Source of the DNA: an uncultured Candidatus Saccharibacteria bacterium
Lineage (GTDB): Bacteria > Patescibacteriota > Minisyncoccia > Phycocordibacterales > CSBR16-119
Direction: 5' to 3'
DNA: 64,000 nt
Assembly (NCBI GenBank): GCA_964490365.1
Contig: CAZBAG010000001.1
Location: 129,512-193,511, forward strand
Position numbers and translations under genes: made by a program. Shown here piece after piece: positions 57,364 to 64,000 of the stretch. Under the pieces are notes generated by a model. It made no database searches and had not been told where the DNA came from. It saw only the letters and a list, made by a program, of their open reading frames with translations. Positions within the stretch are counted from its first letter, which is position 1, and every line of letters begins with the position of its first letter.

Positions 57364-58377
57364 TTAACGTTTAGCAATAATTGAACGTTTATAGGTATCG
57401 AGGTGTTCAAGAGCAATACCTGTTCCCTTCACCACACAAAAGAGTGGATCGTCGGCCAATCTTGCTTTTACTCCTGTTCGTCGATAAACGAGTTCCGGCA
57501 GATTACGAAGCATCGATGAACCACCTGTCATTATTATACCCTGATCAATAATATCACTCGCTAACTCTGGCGGAGTTTCTTGCAATACATCTTTAATAGC
57601 TTTGATAATAAGTTTTAGTTCTTTATCGATAGCCTGCACAATTTCATTGGTCGTAATCCGAGCAGTTCGTGGCAAACCTTGCACAAAATCTCGTCCTTTA
57701 ATGGTTGCAACGAGAGGCTCTTCTAGTGTAATCGCTGAGCCAATTTTAATTTTTACTTGCTCTGCAGTTCTATCACCAATAGCAAGATTAAATGTTTTTT
57801 TAATATAGTCGGCAATAGCATGATCAATTTTATTTCCAGCACACTTTACTGAGTTTGCTGCAACAATACCTCCAAGAGAGATCACTGCCACGTCAGTGGT
57901 ACCGCCACCAATATCAACCACCATGTGCCCTTTTGATTCATGAATAGGAATACCGGCGCCAATAGCTGCCAAGATTGGCTCTTTCACCACGTACGCATTT
58001 TTTGCTCCAGCCTTAATAGCTGCTTCAACAACAGCACGCCTCTCTGTTGAAGTAACTCCTGCTGGTACTGAGATCATCACTTCTGGTTTAATGAGGCTAA
58101 ACGACCCCAGAGCTTTGTTCATAAAATAGCGGAGCATTGCTTCAGTTACACGATAGTCAGCAATAACACCATCTTTCATGGGACGATACGCAATAATATT
58201 TTCTGGGGTACGGCCTATCATTTGTTTTGCTTCAAGACCAATAGCTAAGATTTTATTATCTTGTTCTGACACAGCGACGACTGCTGGTTCATTTAAGACG
58301 ATTCCTTTGCCCGGCACAAAAACAAGCGTATTCGCTGTTCCAAGGTCTATTCCCAATTTTTTAGAGAAAAATCCCAT
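57364..58377 (-). CDS. mreB: Rod shape-determining protein MreB
   Basis: GIDLGTANT, RPMKDGVIAD, VDIGGGTTD, TGGSSML. Confidence 0.96.
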   Translation of the reverse strand: MGFFSKKLGIDLGTANTLVFVPGKGIVLNEPAVVAVSEQDNKILAIGLEAKQMIGRTPENIIAYRPMKDGVIADYRVTEAMLRYFMNKALGSFSLIKPEVMISVPAGVTSTERRAVVEAAIKAGAKNAYVVKEPILAAIGAGIPIHESKGHMVVDIGGGTTDVAVISLGGIVAANSVKCAGNKIDHAIADYIKKTFNLAIGDRTAEQVKIKIGSAITLEEPLVATIKGRDFVQGLPRTARITTNEIVQAIDKELKLIIKAIKDVLQETPPELASDIIDQGIIMTGGSSMLRNLPELVYRRTGVKARLADDPLFCVVKGTGIALEHLDTYKRSIIAKR

Positions 58378-58458
58378 AAGGTAGAGGGATTATAGCATAC
58401 TTAAAATAACTATGAAAAATAAGATTTTTATGGTATTTTGAAGACAAACCACAGCACA

Positions 58459-58779
58459 ATGCCGACCCCAAATGAAGCACTCTCCAATCAAGCATTTATT
58501 GAACACTTTTCAGAAGGCTTACTCATTGACTTTAAGCGTTTCGATTTTAAAAATGCTGACAAACTAGAACCCCTGCTTACGCATATAGGTGGGAAGGCGG
58601 TTATGTTGGAGTTCAGAAAACACCGCAGCATAACCAAAGAGGATTTGTGTTGGTCATTCGTTGATCTTGAAGTGGCAAGGACACTTATAAAGATGCATCT
58701 TTTCCACATACAAGAGAATATAGTGATTCGTTTCGAATCAACAGACATCATTAGGGTTTGTCTCTACGTACGCTCGTAA
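58459..58779 (+). CDS. Hypothetical protein (probable cassette-type orphan)
   Basis: Leader aagacaaaccacagcacaATG; hairpin plus T-run at 58768-58796; -35 not clear. Confidence 0.6.
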   Translation: MPTPNEALSNQAFIEHFSEGLLIDFKRFDFKNADKLEPLLTHIGGKAVMLEFRKHRSITKEDLCWSFVDLEVARTLIKMHLFHIQENIVIRFESTDIIRVCLYVRS

Positions 58780-58794
58780 ACCGAGCGTACTTTT

Positions 58795-59538
58795 TTATTC
58801 AGAAAACTTTTCTAGTTTATGTTTTTTCATTGCCTCTTTGTGCCCCACAAGAAAATCTTTAAATTCTTCTTTGTCTTGAATATCAGCACTCATATTTTTC
58901 TGTGTCGGAATATCAAATATTTTTGCAGGATCAATTACAACAATATTCCCCTTGTCGTCACGAAATTCTATTTGAAGATGCAGATGCACGTGAACCCCTT
59001 CTGAGTTCCCCGAACTACCCATGCCACCAAGAGTAGTGTCTTCTTTAATCTCGATAGTTGGATAGTGATTGAAGCTTACTTGTCGTAACATTTTTTGATA
59101 TGAAGAAAACTTTACCTGTACATTTTTTAAGTGCATATAAATTGAATAGAGTTTAAAACCATCTTCAGTCAGAACTTCTGGATGTGAAAGAAAAACATAG
59201 TTTCCGTTCACCAGACCAAAACCAGAATATTCTAAGACACCTTTCAGAATCGGAGTTATGGGTGTCTTTGCTTTCCCGCTAATGTCTATACCGAGATGAA
59301 AATATTTTGGTTCATGTTTTGTAGGATGAAAACGAAAACCAAAATAACCAAAGTAAGGATTAATATGTTCTTCACTTCGAACTACGGGAAATGAAAAAAG
59401 AAAACGCGTTCGTAGTAACGTGTAGAATGCTTCCCAAAACTCATCATATTCGTCGTTCGGAACCAAGTGTTTGTCTTTACCTGCATCTCTGCCAGGACGA
59501 ACATGGGTCATGTCTAAAATAGATGGCAAATGCTCCAT
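58795..59538 (-). CDS. M23 family metallopeptidase
   Basis: HLGID, YMHL, HLH motifs; no signal peptide visible. Confidence 0.85.
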   Translation of the reverse strand: MEHLPSILDMTHVRPGRDAGKDKHLVPNDEYDEFWEAFYTLLRTRFLFSFPVVRSEEHINPYFGYFGFRFHPTKHEPKYFHLGIDISGKAKTPITPILKGVLEYSGFGLVNGNYVFLSHPEVLTEDGFKLYSIYMHLKNVQVKFSSYQKMLRQVSFNHYPTIEIKEDTTLGGMGSSGNSEGVHVHLHLQIEFRDDKGNIVVIDPAKIFDIPTQKNMSADIQDKEEFKDFLVGHKEAMKKHKLEKFSE

Positions 59539-59602
59539 AAACTCAATTCTACCATGTGTGTCAACCTATTTAAAACGATGGTGTTAGTGCTAAAATGCCA
59601 GT

Positions 59603-61510
59603 ATGAAGCTTGTTACGATTATCCCATTTTTAAAAACACTCACCACAGAAACACTGACATATTTCTCTGGCAAAGAAGTGTCTATTGGAGATATTGTGGT
59701 GGCTCCACTCCGAAACAAACATATTGAAGGAATGATAACGAACGTTGAAGAAGTAAGTACACAAAAAGGAGACGTAAAAGATGCAGAATTTCATTTAAAA
59801 AAAATAAAAGAGGTGCGCGGCACATCTGTTTTTTTACCTTCATTTATTACCTCATGCGAACTTATTAAAGATTATTTTGTTGCAAATACTGGACAATTAC
59901 TCAACACCCTCATACCAAATGTACTCCTTGCCTATTATGAAGATCTAAAAAAAGAAAAAGTAAACGACCATATTCGCGGGCCATTAGCTAGAGAAAAGTA
60001 TGCTTTCCAAGCACCAACAGAAGACAGGCTCGTTATCTACAAAACCTACATACGTGAATCATTCGCAAAAAAAGAGTCTGTGTATTTGTGCTTCCCTACA
60101 GTGAGCGAAGCAAAATATTTTTATGACATTCTTCATAAAGGAATTGAAGATTATTCTTTTTTTCTTCACGGAAGCGTACCTAAAAAAGATTTTGTAATGA
60201 GTTACAACAGCATCGTTAGTAGTGAACACCCTATTGTGCTTTTTAGTACGCCAAGTTTTTTCTGCATACCACGAAATGATTTTGGCACCATTATTCTTGA
60301 ACGTGAAAGTTCAAGCTCGTATGTATCACTACAAAAACCATATCTCGATGCACGTATTTTTGCTGAAGCACTTTCATACGAACAAAACACAAAAATTATT
60401 TTTGCCGACTCAATCCTTCGGAGCGAAACAATCTGGAGAACAAAAGTAGGAGAACTTGCTGAATTCAGGCCTCTGAACTTTCGTCTTCCAGAAAAAGAAG
60501 AGGAAGAGATTATTAACATGAAAGAAAACACTGACAAAGATTTTCAGATTATTTCACGGAAAGTGTTTCAAAAAATAAAAGAAAATATTCAAACTGGCAA
60601 ACAGATGATTTTATTTACCCTGAGGAAAGGCTATGCCACAACAACCATTTGCAATGATTGTGGGACGGTTGTAACAGAAAATGGCGAACCTCTTATTTTA
60701 TTCGAAGATCGAGAACGTGGGATTCGATACTTCAAAGCAACAAAAAGTAAGAAGGTGCTCAGTGCGGAAAGACTGTGTGATCACTGCGGAAGCTGGAATC
60801 TTATTGCCCTTGGTATTGGAACACAAAAAGTGTACGAGGAAGTATCGCACATTGTAAGTAAAGAAAAAATCTTCCTCCTTGATAAAGAAGAGGCTGGAAC
60901 AGAAAAACGTGCTGAGAAAATTGTTCGCGACTTTGAAGGAACCCCTGGGTCGATTCTTGTCACCACCGAGATGGCACTCTTTTACTTAAAAAAAGATGTT
61001 GATACTGTAGCAGTTGTTTCATTCGATAGTCTGTTTAATATTCCGCATTACAATATTTATGAAAAAATAATTGATCTTGTGGTCTCACTCAATTCGTACA
61101 CTAAGAAAAGTATGCTGGTACAGACAAGAAATTCTGATGAGAAAATTTTACATCACATACAGAATCGCAACCTGCTTCAGTTTTATAAAGATGATATTGA
61201 TCATAGAAAGCAGTATAAATATCCGCCCTTTTATACGCTTATCAAAGTAAGTTATGAAAGCAATCTACAAGAAAAGACTGAGGTAGTGGCATATCTTGAA
61301 GCAACCTATGGCTCCTACAGACCAGTTATTCATGAGCGAAGAGTAGGTAAGAACCAAGTAACTATTACTATGATCATACGTATTGAGAGACAAGGATGGC
61401 TAAACCGCTGCATCGCTGTTGAAGGGGTTCAGGACAAAGAACTTCTTGAAAAGCTGAGAACCCTTCCCTCATATTGGTCAATCCAGATAAATCCAAGCCA
61501 GTTGTTTTAG
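59603..61510 (+). CDS. priA: Primosomal protein N' (PriA), degenerate helicase
   Basis: LTYF..GDIVVAPLR, RKGYA, CNDCG/CDHCG, GIGTQK, VQTR, YPPF. Confidence 0.85.
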   Translation: MKLVTIIPFLKTLTTETLTYFSGKEVSIGDIVVAPLRNKHIEGMITNVEEVSTQKGDVKDAEFHLKKIKEVRGTSVFLPSFITSCELIKDYFVANTGQLLNTLIPNVLLAYYEDLKKEKVNDHIRGPLAREKYAFQAPTEDRLVIYKTYIRESFAKKESVYLCFPTVSEAKYFYDILHKGIEDYSFFLHGSVPKKDFVMSYNSIVSSEHPIVLFSTPSFFCIPRNDFGTIILERESSSSYVSLQKPYLDARIFAEALSYEQNTKIIFADSILRSETIWRTKVGELAEFRPLNFRLPEKEEEEIINMKENTDKDFQIISRKVFQKIKENIQTGKQMILFTLRKGYATTTICNDCGTVVTENGEPLILFEDRERGIRYFKATKSKKVLSAERLCDHCGSWNLIALGIGTQKVYEEVSHIVSKEKIFLLDKEEAGTEKRAEKIVRDFEGTPGSILVTTEMALFYLKKDVDTVAVVSFDSLFNIPHYNIYEKIIDLVVSLNSYTKKSMLVQTRNSDEKILHHIQNRNLLQFYKDDIDHRKQYKYPPFYTLIKVSYESNLQEKTEVVAYLEATYGSYRPVIHERRVGKNQVTITMIIRIERQGWLNRCIAVEGVQDKELLEKLRTLPSYWSIQINPSQLF

Positions 61511-61585
61511 TATAACTAGAGAGGGTTAGAAAAGGTAGGAAAAGCCTTGCATTCCCTAAAATACTATGTTAATCTATCGAGACAT

Positions 61586-61813
61586 ATGGCAAAAGCGTTA
61601 ATACAAGTAGCAAAAAAACAAGGTGAAAACAGTGCAAGTCTTATGCGCCGTTTTTCTCGTAAGGCAAAAGATTCTGGTCTTGTAAAAAAGGTTAGATCAC
61701 TTCGCTATGCAGAACGAAAACTCTCTGCATTCGTTCTTAAGAAAAATGCTCTCAAAAGAATTAGCCGACAAGCAGAACGAGAACACCTACAAAAAATGGG
61801 TAAAATCAAATAA
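61586..61813 (+). CDS. rpsU: 30S ribosomal protein bS21-like
   Basis: V.KK.GE...SLMRRFSRK; basic 75 aa; start moved to 61586. Confidence 0.7.
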   Translation: MAKALIQVAKKQGENSASLMRRFSRKAKDSGLVKKVRSLRYAERKLSAFVLKKNALKRISRQAEREHLQKMGKIK

Positions 61814-62208
61814 TGAACATTATTGAGGCGCACAATCTCACTGTACAACGAATGACAAAAGGCAAGCTTCCCGGCTTGCCTTTTGTTCGTATGAAAGAGC
61901 AGATACTCGGAAAAAACTACGTAGTAAGTATTACATTTGTTCACAAACACACCATAGAAACCTTAAGTAAGAAATTTAAAGGCAACAAAGATCACAAAAA
62001 CATCTTGAGTTTCCCTCTTGATACACACTCTGGGGAAATTATTCTTAACCTAGAGACAATACGACGCGAAGCAAAGAATTTTGAAAAAACATACTTCAAT
62101 TATTTAGGGTTTTTAGTTATCCACGGAATGCTCCATTTGAAGGGAATGACACATGGTAGTAAAATGGAATCTGAAGAAAAAAAATTCGTAAAGATGTTTC
62201 ATCTTTAG
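61813..62208 (+). CDS. ybeY: rRNA maturation RNase YbeY
   Basis: NILSFP, HGMLHLKGMTH. Confidence 0.92.
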   Translation: MNIIEAHNLTVQRMTKGKLPGLPFVRMKEQILGKNYVVSITFVHKHTIETLSKKFKGNKDHKNILSFPLDTHSGEIILNLETIRREAKNFEKTYFNYLGFLVIHGMLHLKGMTHGSKMESEEKKFVKMFHL

Positions 62209-62230
62209 TTTTTCTTTGTGAAAAATTCCA

Positions 62231-63394
62231 ATGTCAAAAAATATCACAGTAGGAATAGATCTCGGTAGTCACTTGATCAAAGTGATGATTGTTGAGCATT
62301 TAAAAGAACGTGATAAAAAAACGTCTCGTATTATTGGTACCGGAAAATCAGAAGCTCGCGGTATCAAAAATGGATACATTAACGAACCTGAGGAAGTTGT
62401 GAGAAGTATTATGAAATCGGTTCGGGAAGCTGAACACCGCTCAGGTATTAAAATTCGCCAAGCAACGCTTGCGGTTGGCGGCATTAGTCTTGAATCAAAG
62501 CTTGCAAAAGGCACCGCGATTATTTCACGTGCTGATAATGAAGTCTCTGCTCTCGATGTTCAAAATGCCGTACGAGAAAGCGAACAAGGACTGAAACTTT
62601 TAAACCGACACGTTATTGATTCTATCCCCTACATGTATCGCCTCGATGGAAAAGATTTATACGGCAGACCTGAAGGTCTTCGAGGAGTAAAACTTGAAGT
62701 CACTAGTTTGTTTGTGACCTGTATTAACCAACATCTTGAAGCACTGGTGAATTCAGTAAACAACGCCGGTGTGGATGTTGTAGACGTTATTGCTGCCCCA
62801 CTTGCATCAAGTGTTGCCGTACTTTCAAATCAACAAAAAACTGCTGGTTGTATTCTGGTAGACATTGGCGCTGAAACGGTGTCTCTCTCAGTATTTGAAG
62901 ATGGAGATATTATTTCTATTAAAGTATTACCGCTCGGTGGTATGGATATTACAAAAGACTTAGCGCTTGGTCTGAAAATTAATCTTGATGAAGCAGAAAA
63001 AATTAAAAAAGGTGAAATTACTGGCAACTTTACCCAAAAAGATGTTGAAGAAATTGCCGAGGCTCGTATCACTGAATTTTTTGAAATTATTCAAAAGTAT
63101 TTAAAAAAGATTAACAAAGATGGACGACTTGCTGGTGGTGCAATTATTGTTGGGGGCGCAACAAATAACGAAATGACCGAACGTATTGCTAAAAATATTT
63201 TAAATTTACCAATCACTATGGCAGGATCAGTAGGATCTGGCGTTCTCAAAGACCCCGCATGGTATGTTGTGTATGGCCTCTGTATGTCTGGTAAATACAA
63301 CCAAGGACACAACAGCTATTCAAACCCTTTTGTTAAAATCATAAAATCTCTAGGCGACTTTTTCAAAAACCTTGGAAAACAATTAATGCCCTAA
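62231..63394 (+). CDS. ftsA: Cell division protein FtsA
   Basis: GIDLGS, GIKNG.I, VDIGAETV, PLGG.DITKD; upstream of ftsZ. Confidence 0.93.
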   Translation: MSKNITVGIDLGSHLIKVMIVEHLKERDKKTSRIIGTGKSEARGIKNGYINEPEEVVRSIMKSVREAEHRSGIKIRQATLAVGGISLESKLAKGTAIISRADNEVSALDVQNAVRESEQGLKLLNRHVIDSIPYMYRLDGKDLYGRPEGLRGVKLEVTSLFVTCINQHLEALVNSVNNAGVDVVDVIAAPLASSVAVLSNQQKTAGCILVDIGAETVSLSVFEDGDIISIKVLPLGGMDITKDLALGLKINLDEAEKIKKGEITGNFTQKDVEEIAEARITEFFEIIQKYLKKINKDGRLAGGAIIVGGATNNEMTERIAKNILNLPITMAGSVGSGVLKDPAWYVVYGLCMSGKYNQGHNSYSNPFVKIIKSLGDFFKNLGKQLMP

Positions 63395-63445
63395 ATGAAA
63401 AAGCACTCCGCTGGCGGGGTGCTTTTTGTTGGTTCAGATCCTTAT

Positions 63446-63604
63446 TTAAATAATCTTCTTCTCAGTAACACTCAAACCAGCAAGGGCGAGAGCAATAAGT
63501 GAGAAAAGTACCAAGGGCCCAAAACCAAGCTTAGGAAACTGTATCCACGCAAACAGGACTGCAATCAATGCTACCAGGCATGGAATTCTATATTGTAAGC
63601 TCAT
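63446..63604 (-). CDS. 52-aa two-TM protein (cassette type) between ftsA and ftsZ
   Basis: TTGACA(63666-63671)-N17-TATATT with TG extension; terminator 63398-63428. Confidence 0.6.
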   Translation of the reverse strand: MSLQYRIPCLVALIAVLFAWIQFPKLGFGPLVLFSLIALALAGLSVTEKKII

Positions 63605-63762
63605 GACTCTTAATTTTAGATTCGTTAGCTTCTTTTCGCGTAAATATATCATACAAAAATATTTTTGTCAATCCTTTTCCCTGTTTTCGCTTTTCTGGTA
63701 TTATGTGTGAACACGATTATTACTAGAAATTCGAATTCACCCCGCCCTGGCGGAATTAACAT

Positions 63763-64000
63763 ATGGCAAAAATTACAACTGACGTCGAAACATTTGCGAG
63801 AATCAAAGTTGTTGGAGTTGGTGGTTCAGGATGCAATGCGGTAAACCACATGATCGCTTCTAAAGTAAAAGAAGTTGGTTTTATTGTGATGAATACTGAC
63901 ACACAAGACCTTCACAAATCTCTTGCAGATCGAAAAATTCACCTTGGAAAAAACCTGACAAAAGGTTTGGGTGCTGGTATGAACCCAGAAATTGGAAAGA
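63763..64000 (+). CDS. ftsZ: Cell division protein FtsZ (partial)
   Basis: [34 protein letters not shown]. Confidence 0.96.
   Translation, partial: MAKITTDVETFARIKVVGVGGSGCNAVNHMIASKVKEVGFIVMNTDTQDLHKSLADRKIHLGKNLTKGLGAGMNPEIGK

Overview
Chromosomal segment of a small-genome bacterium, most likely Patescibacteria/CPR (Parcubacteria-like), genetic code 11. Evidence for the assignment: shortened AspRS and AlaRS, a sigma-r4/HARE-HTH protein, a PaaX-like regulator, a baseplate-J-like/FtsA-like gene pair, and no biosynthetic pathways apart from cell wall. The backbone is tightly packed, AT-rich housekeeping genes: gltX, murG, ftsW, mraY, a D,D-carboxypeptidase, scpAB, aspS, trpS, dnaB, recR, rplU, corA, cysS, grpE-dnaK-dnaJ, a PIF1-like helicase, infA-rpmJ-rpsM-rpsK-rpsD-rpoA-rplQ-rplM-rpsI, alaS, mnmA, mltG, rseP, frr, mreB, priA, rpsU, ybeY, ftsA and ftsZ. 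I recognised no tRNA, rRNA, CRISPR array, transposase or integrase. The main unexplained structure is a second gene class of about 18 stand-alone units with a shared design. Each usually has a near-consensus TTGACA-N16/17-(TG)-10 promoter, an unstructured A/C-rich leader without Shine-Dalgarno (e.g. aaccaaaccaaaccATG), an ORF (mostly orphan) with visibly more C/G-ending codons, and its own hairpin terminator. They sit singly or in short stacks right behind housekeeping stop codons or terminators. Three more units at 23.0-23.65 kb have no real ORF and look like small RNAs. Other observations: a two-copy 88-89 nt structured repeat with compensatory changes, a 139-nt hairpin, a Doc toxin-antitoxin islet bounded by a duplicated gene 3' end, a gene split by one in-frame TGA, and repeated loss of zinc-finger cysteines. 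All calls come from reading the sequence; no searches were run.
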